NCBI GenBank assembly: GCA_030599585.1
Contig: JAUVNS010000006.1
Location: 192,001 to 256,000 of the forward strand
Origin: Promethearchaeota archaeon
GTDB lineage: Archaea > Asgardarchaeota > Lokiarchaeia > Sigyniarchaeales > SOKP01
Direction: 5' to 3'
DNA length: 64,000 nucleotides
This document shows positions 47,946 to 58,500 of the stretch, piece by piece. Position 1 is the stretch's first letter, and every line of letters begins with the position of its first letter. The translations under genes and the position numbers were made by a program. Below the pieces are notes generated by a model. It saw only the letters and a program-made list of their open reading frames with translations, searched no databases and had not been told where the DNA came from.

Positions 47946-48354
47946 ATTGTTAACCCTGTTATTAGAAAAATAAGTTTTTATTACAATTAATATCTATCAA
48001 AACCTAATTGTAATATTTAAATTGCTCTATTCAATTTTTGAAGTATTGAATTTTGATAGGATTAAAAGCATAAAAATCTCCTTTTCTATCGAATAAAAAC
48101 ATAAAAAAGTCGTAATAGAATTATACATCTGTTATGGTTACCGTAATTTATTATATAAGCACCACTTAAATTCTCAAAATTCATATTCCCTACATCAAAA
48201 TTTCTGAATTCCTTATAATCGTAGAATTAACAATGTTAAAGACTAATAATTCATTTCAGCTGCTTCGTACATCAAAAAGTAAATGTAAATTGCAATTTTT
48301 GAAAGATAGAAATCTAACTTTTACTGTTAATCCAATTTAACATTTATAGAGGAA

Positions 48355-48627
48355 TTAAGTCAAATTTTCTGATAAATTTTTTATCAATTTAGAAATAGGA
48401 TATGCTTCAATTACTCCGTAATTTAAGTAACTTTTAAAATTTTCTTTTAATTTAGATTTAAATTCAGCATCGGTTTTAGCATTGATTCTACTGAATGGGT
48501 AGTTCTGAATTTCACTATTTTTATTGTAAATTAAAAATTGGTATGAATATGTTAGGATTTTCTCGTATAATTGCGGTACCTTTATAGCGATATGAATTCT
48601 ATATCCTTTAATCTTGAAATCTTCCAT
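48355..48627 (-). CDS. Small hypothetical protein, paralog B
   Basis: MEDFKIKGYRIHIAIKVPQLYEKILTYSYQFLIYNKNSEIQNYPFSRI...FKSYLNYG. Confidence 0.75.
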   Translation of the reverse strand: MEDFKIKGYRIHIAIKVPQLYEKILTYSYQFLIYNKNSEIQNYPFSRINAKTDAEFKSKLKENFKSYLNYGVIEAYPISKLIKNLSENLT

Positions 48628-49119
48628 TTTTTTAACCCTGTTATTAATAAGATTATAAAATGATTATTAAGTATCAAAATCAAATTGCAATATTTAAATA
48701 GCTATATTCTCTTTTTGAGGTATTGAATTTTTTTAGGGTTAATTGCGATAACAATCCTTTTCTTATCATATAATAAAGTGAAGGGCAACTTAAGAACTAA
48801 ACAATTGCTATGGTAAACAGAATTAATTAACTAAATTCCCGTTTGTTTATCTACTTGCCTAAACATTACATAAAATTTTACGATCTCATTGTAGTCGTGG
48901 AATAGAGAATATTAAAGGTTAAAAATTCATATTTGTTGCCTCAATATTCAAAACTAAAATAATTATTGCTACTTTTGGAAGTTTGAGAGCTACAATTTGC
49001 TGTTAATCCAATTTATCAAGAAGTATACTTCAAAAATTAGATATAGCGATTTATATACCAGCTTCAAAATTATTAATATAGCATAATTTTAACACAATTT
49101 AACACAAGGTAGACTAAAA

Positions 49120-50250
49120 ATGAAAACAAAATACATTGTATTAGGACTTTTTGTTATAGGGATTCTATTTGTTAGTTCAAGTTTTGGATACGGTTTTGAT
49201 GATAATGATGATCCACCTGTAGGAGATGACGATAATGATGGTATTGACGACGAGTACGAGGATGAGAACAAAAGAAACATCGAAGTCTGGATAGGCGAAA
49301 ATGTAATAGAAATAGCTTCAATAAAAAGAACCGAAACGCAAAAAGATATCATCGATCTTAGAGTAGGATTTAATGATTACGGTATTTCCATTCGAGTTTC
49401 CTATGGGACATATATTATACATGCTCCAGAAGAACCAGAAGAACCACAAGAACCTGATAAACCTGATGAACCTGAGGAGCCTATAGAAGAAATAGTTGTT
49501 GCAAACGGAGAAAGTTATGAGGATACAATTGAATATAAAATAACATTCGAAGTATTGTTCCGTGGTCTTATTGAATATGTTGATGTTAACGACAATGGTG
49601 TTTTAGAAGAAGATATTGACGAAATCGTTTCAGATTATGGATTCAATTCATTTCAACCAATTAATTATAGCCTTGAAAGCATTTCAGAAGATAGCAACAA
49701 ACACTACATTTTGATCAACACTACTGACGGAATATTTGCGCTACACATTTTTCTCGTAGAGGAATTCGTGTATATCGATGAAAATCTGATCTCTCCTACT
49801 CAAGCAAAGATCGACATTGAAATTACAAACTATGACTACGTAGATAACAACTCAAAGTTAGCTTTATTTACGAAACTATGGTCTGAGGAGACTTATAATG
49901 AAAGAGAGGAAACTGAAGACGAAGAAGATGGATATGCAACTGACGAGAAAGAAGTATTCGTGGAAAACGATGTGTACTCAGGGTTTTTCAGTTGGAAAGA
50001 AACAGCGTTAGTTGATGGAGTTGAAATGGAGGTACTAGCAAGGAGAGTTACTCACGAGGAAGAAGAACTTCAAAGGTTATATCTATGTTATCCACGAGGT
50101 AACCATATATATCACGATCCTAAAATCGGTATTCTAATCGGATTACCTGTGGACGATTTTACACCAATAGTTATGACTGTGTCTATAATTTCAATAATTG
50201 GAGCAGCTACCATAGTGGGAATAGTACTTAGGAAAAAAAGAATCCTTTAA
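49120..50250 (+). CDS. Acidic exported surface protein with Ca-binding-like Dx[DN]xDG motifs and a C-terminal TM anchor
   Basis: Signal peptide; DDDNDGIDD, FRGLIEYVDVNDNG, SPTQAKIDIEI, GFFSW, YPRG..IYHDPKIG; PEEPEEPQEP low-complexity insert; TM + RKKR. Confidence 0.75.
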   Translation: MKTKYIVLGLFVIGILFVSSSFGYGFDDNDDPPVGDDDNDGIDDEYEDENKRNIEVWIGENVIEIASIKRTETQKDIIDLRVGFNDYGISIRVSYGTYIIHAPEEPEEPQEPDKPDEPEEPIEEIVVANGESYEDTIEYKITFEVLFRGLIEYVDVNDNGVLEEDIDEIVSDYGFNSFQPINYSLESISEDSNKHYILINTTDGIFALHIFLVEEFVYIDENLISPTQAKIDIEITNYDYVDNNSKLALFTKLWSEETYNEREETEDEEDGYATDEKEVFVENDVYSGFFSWKETALVDGVEMEVLARRVTHEEEELQRLYLCYPRGNHIYHDPKIGILIGLPVDDFTPIVMTVSIISIIGAATIVGIVLRKKRIL

Positions 50251-50405
50251 TAAACAAATTAAAAAAAATTTATTATTTTTTTTATCAAATTAAATACACA
50301 AAAAAAGGAAGATAAAACTACTAAAAATTATTAAAGCCAAATATATGTAATGTTTAGTGAAGAGATTTTATTAAATAAAACTTAAAGGAACATTTCTTAA
50401 CGAAA

Positions 50406-51752
50406 ATGAAAAAACGAGCTCTATGGGTTGGATGTTTTCTTTTCACAATATTGCTGTTTAACTTTAGCATCGGTTTTGCAGCTGCTTTAACAAACGATAA
50501 TTCATTTGTTATTAGCAGCGATGACGTTGATAATGATGCTATAGACGACAACTTCGAAGATCTTAATAAAAGAAAAATCGAAGTAGATATTTCAGAAAAC
50601 GAGGCGACAATCCAATCAATCAGACAAGGGACTGAAACGAAAGATCTGATAAGAACAGATATTGTGTATAGCGAATATGGTGTCGAGATTCAAATTGGAT
50701 ACAAATCGAGCATAGAAGCGGATTTTGAAATAACTTTTGGAATAACATTTCGCGAGTTAATTGAGTTTATTGATAATGACTTTAACGGATTGTACGATCC
50801 AGAAGTTGATCAAAGTATCCAAAATTACACTCTGAATGACTTCTTACCAATTTATTACGAAAAGGTAGTTATCCAGGATGAGAGCTTCCTGCATCATCTT
50901 AGAATTCAGACTGTGAGTAGCAACTTTACTTTAAACGTATATTTTGCAGAAGAATTTACTATAGTTGAAAACTCGTTAATAAGTCCTACCCAAGCAAAAA
51001 TCGACATTGAAATAGAAAATTTTAATTATTTAAACGATAGTTCTCAAATTGCATTATATACTAGCTTGGATTCTGAGGCGGATTTTCAAAGACACAATGA
51101 TACTGAAGATGAGGAAAAAGGTTATGCGAAAGCTGAACTTGGAATAGCAACGGTCGTGAATGAATACACAGGATTCTATTCTTGGAACGAAAGCGGAATT
51201 GTTGACGAGGCTTCACAAAACATTCTCGTAAGTGGTATCTTACCTGATGATATTATTGAGAACGGTAATAAGGTGTATCTCAATTACCCTCGCGGAGTAA
51301 TCATATATCATTCTTCTAAAATCGGCATTGAAGGTTTATTGATAACCGAAGAATTCCCTCTGTTAGGCCTCGCTTTATTGTTAATTGCAATAGGTGCTGT
51401 AAGTTCGATAGTAGCATATTCAGTATATCATCGAGAGAAAAGTAAGCCTAAAGGCAAGGCCGAGAGAAGAGATCGAGAGAAAAGTGGTATGTTGAAAACT
51501 CAAAGACAAGAATTTGTCAAGTTATTTGATAGTAAACTAGCCCTTCAAATACTTGAAGAAGAGGACGCTATTAGAAATCTTTACGATAAGGGGGATATCG
51601 AGATAACAGCAATTTCAAATGATTTTTACGAAACTGTCGATAATTTCGGTTTTAAGGGGAATGAAAAAAGCGAATTTATTAAAGAAATGCTCAACTTGCG
51701 CCCATTTGAGAGAGAAGTAATCCTTAGAGAAATGTTGATAAAATCTCAATAA
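50406..51752 (+). CDS. Paralog of the upstream surface protein with a ~110-aa cytoplasmic tail
   Basis: DDVDNDAIDD, FRELIEFIDNDFNG, SPTQAKIDIEI, GFYSW, YPRG..IYHSSKIG; TM, then a tail ending EFIKEMLNLRPFEREVILREML. Confidence 0.75.
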   Translation: MKKRALWVGCFLFTILLFNFSIGFAAALTNDNSFVISSDDVDNDAIDDNFEDLNKRKIEVDISENEATIQSIRQGTETKDLIRTDIVYSEYGVEIQIGYKSSIEADFEITFGITFRELIEFIDNDFNGLYDPEVDQSIQNYTLNDFLPIYYEKVVIQDESFLHHLRIQTVSSNFTLNVYFAEEFTIVENSLISPTQAKIDIEIENFNYLNDSSQIALYTSLDSEADFQRHNDTEDEEKGYAKAELGIATVVNEYTGFYSWNESGIVDEASQNILVSGILPDDIIENGNKVYLNYPRGVIIYHSSKIGIEGLLITEEFPLLGLALLLIAIGAVSSIVAYSVYHREKSKPKGKAERRDREKSGMLKTQRQEFVKLFDSKLALQILEEEDAIRNLYDKGDIEITAISNDFYETVDNFGFKGNEKSEFIKEMLNLRPFEREVILREMLIKSQ

Positions 51753-51760
51753 GTAAGGAA

Positions 51761-52450
51761 ATGAATATTCTTAAAATAATGCCGGTTGAAACAACTGAAT
51801 ACGAAACTCTTATTTTAACTTTAGTTCAGGATTATCTCAACCAAAATAAATATTTTAACATGAGGAAGGTAGTTTCTTTTATTAATGCTAAATTGAGGTC
51901 TTATTCAGTTGATCTTAATTACCGAGCGATTGAAGAAATTCTAAGATCTTTAACAAAAAAGAAATTGATTGATGAAGGCACTAGATTTACGAAATTAGAT
52001 GTCTTGAATAACAAGAATAGGAAACAAATATACGATTTCATCTTAAAAAATCCGGGTGTATACTTTAATACAATCGTTCGGGACTTAAAAATTAACAAAC
52101 CAGTCATTGTATGGCACATTAATATGTTAGCTAGGTTTGATTTCATTAAAAGAGAAGAATTTGAGAACCATGAAATCTATTTTGACTCGCGTTTAAGTGG
52201 AATGAATAGAAAATTTAGATATTTCACATCAAAAGAAGAGAGTAAAAAAATTCTTGAATATTTGAAAAAAAATGATTATGGCATAACTAAAACCCATCTT
52301 TCAATAAATTTAGGCATGCACCATAATACTATTACTAAATACCTTACTAAATTTGAGGAATTTAACATAATTTTAAAGAAGAAGATAGCTAAAAGAACAT
52401 TGTATTTCTTGAATGAGGATTTAACAGAGGCTTTAAATCTCAACACTTAA
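51761..52450 (+). CDS. Multi-winged-helix transcriptional regulator (COG3398-like)
   Basis: VLNNKNRKQIYDFILKNPGVYFNTIVRDL...VVWHINML; second HTH GITKTHLSINLGMHHNTITKYL. Confidence 0.85.
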   Translation: MNILKIMPVETTEYETLILTLVQDYLNQNKYFNMRKVVSFINAKLRSYSVDLNYRAIEEILRSLTKKKLIDEGTRFTKLDVLNNKNRKQIYDFILKNPGVYFNTIVRDLKINKPVIVWHINMLARFDFIKREEFENHEIYFDSRLSGMNRKFRYFTSKEESKKILEYLKKNDYGITKTHLSINLGMHHNTITKYLTKFEEFNIILKKKIAKRTLYFLNEDLTEALNLNT

Positions 52451-52609
52451 CAAGAAACAATTTTTCAGTTTTAGCTTGAATACTCTATTCTCATTTTTAC
52501 ATTAATGTAAAATATTAAATAAAATGTGTGAATATTGAATCACACTGTATAGGTTAATGATCTATACAGATGCAAATCCAAAACAAATAATTTGTAGGTG
52601 GAATGTAAA

Positions 52610-52921
52610 ATGTTGTTTATATCGTATTGGGAATTAAACCCAGATTTTGACCCCTCAGAATTAGCTGAAATTGCGCAAAAATTAATGAGTAAGAAACTAT
52701 ATCCGGTTGAAGGAGTTAAACAATTAGCTTTTTATATTAGTACGTCGGATTTTTGGGGAATTAGTGTAGAAGAGGCTGAAAGTGAAGAACAAATGGCAAA
52801 AGGTTCAAACATATGGAGACTGGCTAAACCAGGCTACATTAAGCTTATGAGAACTACTCCAGCAATGGAAGTTATTCAAATGGTTCCCTTACTAATGAAA
52901 CTAAAAAAACAGCTAGAATAA
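52610..52921 (+). CDS. DUF3303/GYD-like small ferredoxin-fold protein
   Basis: MLFISYWEL...YPVEGVKQLAFY...WGISVEEAESEE...TTPAM; ATG at 52610 preceded by GGTGG. Confidence 0.65.
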   Translation: MLFISYWELNPDFDPSELAEIAQKLMSKKLYPVEGVKQLAFYISTSDFWGISVEEAESEEQMAKGSNIWRLAKPGYIKLMRTTPAMEVIQMVPLLMKLKKQLE

Positions 52922-53002
52922 CAGAATAATTCTAAATTTTAATTATCTTTTTTTTTTAACTGACAAATTTTATTTATTGACATACATTTTGCCATCTATA
53001 GT

Positions 53003-53893
53003 ATGGTGGAAAGCATGACTAAAGTTGCTGTTATTTCTACAAACGATCGCGTGTATGGAGTAAATAGATCCCTCGAGTTGCTAGGACTAAATCCTGTTAA
53101 AGGCAAAGATGTAATTTTCAAGCCAAATTTCAATACTGCTGATCCTCCTCCTGCTTCAAGCTCAATGGAGACAATAAAACAGCTTATTATAAAGTTAAAA
53201 GAAATGGGTGCGAATTCAATAACTGTAGCTGAACGAAGCGGTCCCGCTAAAACTTCGGATGTTTTTGAAAAAAAGGGCTTGTATGTTTTGGCAAAAGAAT
53301 TGGATTTTACGATCGTTGACTTAACAAGAATACCTCGAGATGGCTATGTCCTCAAAAAAACAGAGGGTAACCATTGGAGAGATGGATTTTTTTTTGCGAA
53401 AATATACGATGAAGCAGAATGTATTGTAGAAACGTGTTGTTTAAAGACTCACATGTATGGTGGACGCTTTACATTATCGCTTAAGAACGCAGTAGGAATA
53501 GTCAAAAAGAAAAATATGTCTGAATTACATTCCTCGGAACATCAGAGAGAAATGATTGCAGAAATAAATTCTGTTTACAAGCCTGACTTAATCGTTATGG
53601 ACGGCGTTATTACTTTTGTAGATCGAGGACCTATGGAAGGAACTCGAGTAGAAGGGAATGTATTCGTTGCGGGCACAGACAAAATTGCAATCGACTCTGT
53701 AGGCGTAGCAATATTGAGAATACTTGGAACTACGCCAGAGGTTACAAAAGGTTCTATTTTCGAACAAGATCAAATTAAAAGAGCCGTCGAATTAGGTATA
53801 GGCGTCTCATCACCCTTAGATATTGAATTTTTAACTGATTCTGAAAAAAGCGAAAAACTCGTTGCTCAAATAAAGGAGAAATTAGCACACTAA
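53003..53893 (+). CDS. DUF362-domain protein
   Basis: VIFKPNFN, VAERSG, LKTH...FTLSLKNAVG, PDLIVMDG, D.IAIDSV. Confidence 0.9.
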   Translation: MVESMTKVAVISTNDRVYGVNRSLELLGLNPVKGKDVIFKPNFNTADPPPASSSMETIKQLIIKLKEMGANSITVAERSGPAKTSDVFEKKGLYVLAKELDFTIVDLTRIPRDGYVLKKTEGNHWRDGFFFAKIYDEAECIVETCCLKTHMYGGRFTLSLKNAVGIVKKKNMSELHSSEHQREMIAEINSVYKPDLIVMDGVITFVDRGPMEGTRVEGNVFVAGTDKIAIDSVGVAILRILGTTPEVTKGSIFEQDQIKRAVELGIGVSSPLDIEFLTDSEKSEKLVAQIKEKLAH

Positions 53894-53945
53894 ACCAGAT
53901 TTCGAATGAAAAACAAATTAAAAAAAAAAAGAAATATTTTTGAAT

Positions 53946-54344
53946 TTAACTTCTTTGTTTCATCCAGCAGTAAATCCCTAGGATTAAATAGATTGCTACA
54001 AGGATAGTAACGACTATTGTATTCGTTAGGGCCATGGCGGGCAAAGATATTAGCGTTAATTCCAAAATATTAATGATTGTTACCATTAATAACCACATCA
54101 CGGATAATTCGTATAATAGTTTTATTTCTTCCCATTCCTTTTTAAAATAAGCCATAAGTGAAGCCAAGCCAAGAACCAAAAGTGTTCCTCCAAACAACCT
54201 AAAGTAAATAGGGTCGTTAAATGGCCACTGAGTTAAACCGTATATATAAATATCGGGAATTACCAAGTATAGAAATGCAAAGAGAAAACCTGCCAATACA
54301 TTCAAAAGCAAGGAAATTTTGGTAAGTTTTTGAATTTCAGTCAT
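53946..54344 (-). CDS. 4-TM membrane protein, hypothetical
   Basis: Four hydrophobic helices; WPF.DP...RLFGG motif. Confidence 0.7.
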   Translation of the reverse strand: MTEIQKLTKISLLLNVLAGFLFAFLYLVIPDIYIYGLTQWPFNDPIYFRLFGGTLLVLGLASLMAYFKKEWEEIKLLYELSVMWLLMVTIINILELTLISLPAMALTNTIVVTILVAIYLILGIYCWMKQRS

Positions 54345-54452
54345 TATATCATACCTCTTCTTGTTAATTTTGAATAATATATTTCGGATTTAACCGTTCA
54401 ATAAATTTACAGAATTGTAGAATCTTCGTGTATATATAAAGATATCTTACTT

Positions 54453-55313
54453 TTATATGCTAAAGAGGATAGAAAAATATTTTTTAACATCTTTTAATTT
54501 AACAAAAAAAGCTGGTACGGTTTCGCTATATTTTTTGTAAGCTCCCTCATATCTTTCCATAAGTTCTTTTTCTTCAACGTATTTGAGATGAATATTTATT
54601 CCAACTAAAAAAATTAAAAAATAGATAACTGAATAAATGGAGAATCTAAAAAATATACTTCCTATGCTAATTAACATTAAACCATGATAGGTTGGGTGAC
54701 GTAATATTGAATAGATTGCGTGATTTTGAAGCGTAGATTCTTCTGGATAAAAAACATAAAGCATTGCCATGTTGTCAATGCCAAAGAAACTCAATGTTTT
54801 AAAAATTACAATAAGTCCTAATCCAACAAATAAAATTGACAGGACTAGTCTGATATAAAGAAAGTAAAAAGGAAAACCCATTATTAGTCCAGAAATAGGA
54901 ATTCCTAAATAATGGCTTAATGTATCATCAATCCCGTATGTAGCAATCAGATCATTGGGGATAAAACTATGAACTATGACAGAAAAAAGCATTGGAATCC
55001 CAATTGCTACAAATTTAAATGCTTTTTGATATGCTTTTTTCCCCGATTTAGATAAGTACTTATCTCGAACCCTCCAAAACTTACGTACTACCGAAAAACC
55101 AATAGATATTATTATTAAAGTCCCAAGTATGGGAGTTAAAGGGGCAATCATCTGTAAAATACCTATACTTCTAAAAATTCGGGGCAAAGAATCTAGAACT
55201 AATTGGAACATTAACGATGTTACAAAAACGATGAAAGCTATTACCGCAAATAATCGTATTTTTCTACCTTGGTAATCCGGTAATTTTGTTCTAAGCTGAT
55301 CTAATCCTTTCAT
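54453..55313 (-). CDS. ICMT/PEMT-family integral membrane methyltransferase
   Basis: IYSILRHPTY.G, EEKEL.ERY...YKKY...VPAF. Confidence 0.85.
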   Translation of the reverse strand: MKGLDQLRTKLPDYQGRKIRLFAVIAFIVFVTSLMFQLVLDSLPRIFRSIGILQMIAPLTPILGTLIIISIGFSVVRKFWRVRDKYLSKSGKKAYQKAFKFVAIGIPMLFSVIVHSFIPNDLIATYGIDDTLSHYLGIPISGLIMGFPFYFLYIRLVLSILFVGLGLIVIFKTLSFFGIDNMAMLYVFYPEESTLQNHAIYSILRHPTYHGLMLISIGSIFFRFSIYSVIYFLIFLVGINIHLKYVEEKELMERYEGAYKKYSETVPAFFVKLKDVKKYFSILFSI

Positions 55314-55501
55314 TCGATGTATTAAGCTCGTTAAACCTATATAAAATTAATATTAATTATCTAGTTATTATGTATTAATATTTTTGCATAGACTTATTTT
55401 TATATATTTGAAACACTAATTATTTATCTATCAAGAGAATACATTTTCAACTAATCTGAATATTTGTTTTTAAATTATATTGATATCTTAGGGGATTAAA
55501 A

Positions 55502-58500
55502 ATGGTAAGGAATAAAAAAAAAAATTATTATATCAAGCAATTGTCTATTCTTTTTGTTGTTTTAATTGTTATTGGAAATATATCAAGTTTTCAATCAAAT
55601 ATCATTGTTCTGGATGATATTAATCAAGAACCGTTTAACAAGCCCACAGAAGATATCTTAGATAAGCAAATAAGCGATGTCCCTGATGATGTAGGTGGAT
55701 ATAAGGTAGATGGTGCATCAAGTTTTACTACAATCCAAAACGCGTCTAGTATAATATCTGATCGCGATTATTTTGCGAACGAAACTTATTTCAACATAAC
55801 GACTCCCGTTGCGTGGAATACTACTTCTAAGCAGTTCGATATCGAATCTTATTCAAAAGAGCAATTTATTAAAGACCCCTATTTTGATCAAAAATACAAC
55901 GGTTCTGGCGATTACTGGGCTCCAGAAGAGGTACAGAGCGGACAAGGTATTTTTACCCAAATTCCTTTAGATATCAACCCATATGCTAAAACTAACATCT
56001 TCAATTTAAAAAAGAGACTTAATCCGGCGTTTGAGAGCGGTGATTACGCATTTTGGACCCGTGAGCTTGATGGTTTAAATCCTGAAAACATAGATATTCA
56101 AAGAGGTAGGATATACCAACAGAAAGATGAGACAATTGAGGACTATAATAATTTTCAGGCTAACCCCGGCTTTTATAAAGATACAAACGCACCTTATGGA
56201 GGAGTTTATGACCCATTATACGATTTTATTGATTTATTTTATGACGAATCTCAAACGAGTCTGAAAATAATTATTGATCCCCATGTTTCTTCTCTCGGGG
56301 GTAATCCCTCAGCAGCGTGGTGGTATTTTGGGGTTATTCCGTATGCTGTTGATTACGCTCAAATTACAATTAGTTGGAATATTGAGGGGGCTTCTACTTT
56401 TGAGGCTGAAGATGAATACGAAATTCGCGCCCGTATTAACAATAAGTATATCAACGGCGTTGATTACATATCAAAATCCGGAGATGTGCCCTTTAACGGG
56501 TCAAAAGATGCGTTAATGGTTTATAACAATACACATTTCGCCGGCCATATTAGTCACTCTACTATCACTAGAACATATAATATTACGGATCTAGTAGATG
56601 GATTAGTAGGAGTAAATAAATTTGATTTTGGTGCGTGGGCTAAAAATCCTAGTCAAGGAGGAGATAACGATCTTATTATCGTAAATTTCGAGTCTGTAGA
56701 GTTAATGTTTAATACCTCAACAAAATACGAAGTCGCTCGCTTAAATTATCGATATAAACTAATAGATAATGATGAATTAGGAGTTAATATATTTAAACTT
56801 AGTAATAACGCTTCTTTTTTCTTATATCTTAAAGATAGGGATACAGATCAAAGTGAATTAATCAGAGTACTTCCTTTTTCAATGGCTCAAATTAGTTCAT
56901 CAGATTTTAGTAAAACTCCATGGATTGATATGGAATTTAGTATTTCTCAAAAGTATCAAGAATTTTTAAAAGCTGATAATTTGGAATTTAAAATTGGAGT
57001 GTACTTTGAAGAAGATTTCAATATGCGTATCGATTACGACCATTATATTGATGACGTATTTTTCAGTATAAATTACAAACAAGCAGTTGATCGTGTGGGT
57101 TTAAAAATTAAAATTGATGGTTCTCCACCTTGGTATAATGTAACCAGCGATACCTACACCGTAGACACATCGAGTTGGATTTCGGGAGATACTCACTCGT
57201 TCCAATTTACTACATTCAATATTAGTTACCTCAACAGATTGTTTTTAAATCTTAAGTCTTTTTTAGATGTTACTTATACGAGTAATTCGTCTAACTTGGC
57301 TCAGGCAAGCTATGCTATTGAAGGTGGGAACGCTAACAAAGGCGTTTGGAATGTCACTTACGATAACACCTACTCCTTTTTTAAATTAATAGAAGCACAT
57401 TCAACAAACCTATTCAATTTATCTCGGTACTCATTATCATACATTGACTTACCTGCGTTTGATTCCAAGGGATCTAACAGCGAAAATTGGGATGTATTCA
57501 GCGCTTTGACACCCAATTTATATAACTATACGCGGAATCTATATCGTTTTAACTACACAGGAAGCAATACTGATCAAAGTGCGACCATAGAGAATGCTTT
57601 TGCAGTTGGAAATTGGAGTATACAAGCTTATCAAGCAAATTATATATCAACCTGTTCCTTTAATAATACTGTCTCTTATTTGACTGATCCTGCCTTTTAC
57701 AAGGACGACACTATACGATTTAATTTCACCTTATTAGAAACAACAATGGGAAATTATAGTTATGAGTTGTATAATTCAACTGGAGATTTAATGAGTAATT
57801 TTCCTAAGTTTAATTCCTCCAATTATAAAAATGTAATTGGGCTATTGAATCTAGCAGAGAAATTTTCAGTTGGATCTTATTATTTAAGATTTAAATGGAA
57901 CGATAGTGCCAGTTTCGCTGGAAGTGCGTTAAGGTATGGTTCAATAATATTATCCTTTTATATTTTTAATAAAACTAAAGCTCAATTCACCCATCTTGTA
58001 AGCGAAGTATCTTCTGGAGAAACAGCAGAATTTGCTTTAAATTACACTACCTATTTAGATTGGGGTATTGAGGATGCAACGATACTTGTATATGAAAATT
58101 CTTCAGGATCCTTAAAATTTTGGGGTGTGGATTGGACTGGTAGCTACCAAGTTGGCGTTATTACGCATTTAGGAAATGGTAATTATTCTATCCCTCTTTT
58201 TACGGTAGGTGCACCGAATGGAACTTATCAACTTTTCTTTCTCTGTCTAAAATCTTTACATGAAGGACAAATTTTAACTAGTAGTCTTAGAGTAATAGCT
58301 GAATACTTAATTGATTTCAACATTACTATGGGAGCTTACATTGATAACTCCGAATGGGTCATATCTTCAGACAATGTTCCATATGTTAACGATACAATAA
58401 ATAGCGTTATTAGAGTTAACCTTACAAAGGAAGCTGATGGTACTCCACTAACGGGAGGTTTGGTTATAGGCACCATAGAAGGAAGTGAAAATTATTTCAC

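Larger units (their letters stand above)
47700..49015. repeat. Degenerate tandem duplication, unit ~680 bp (gene + upstream non-coding region)
   Basis: The two ATGs are 682 nt apart; shared non-coding blocks include ttaaccctgttatta, aatatttaaat.gct.tatt, gtattgaatttt and ctgttaatccaattta (48324 and 49000). Confidence 0.8.

Noticed and set aside
49421-49485. 9-nt gaacc(a/t)ga(a/t) repeats
   Set aside because: They simply encode a PEEPEEPQEPDKPDEPEEP low-complexity loop; this is ordinary slippage.
54453-55313. ICMT-like enzyme as evidence of CaaX processing of the Rab-like GTPase
   Set aside because: The GTPase has no C-terminal Cys, the genes are unlinked, and ICMT/PEMT-family proteins are widespread in prokaryotes with other substrates.
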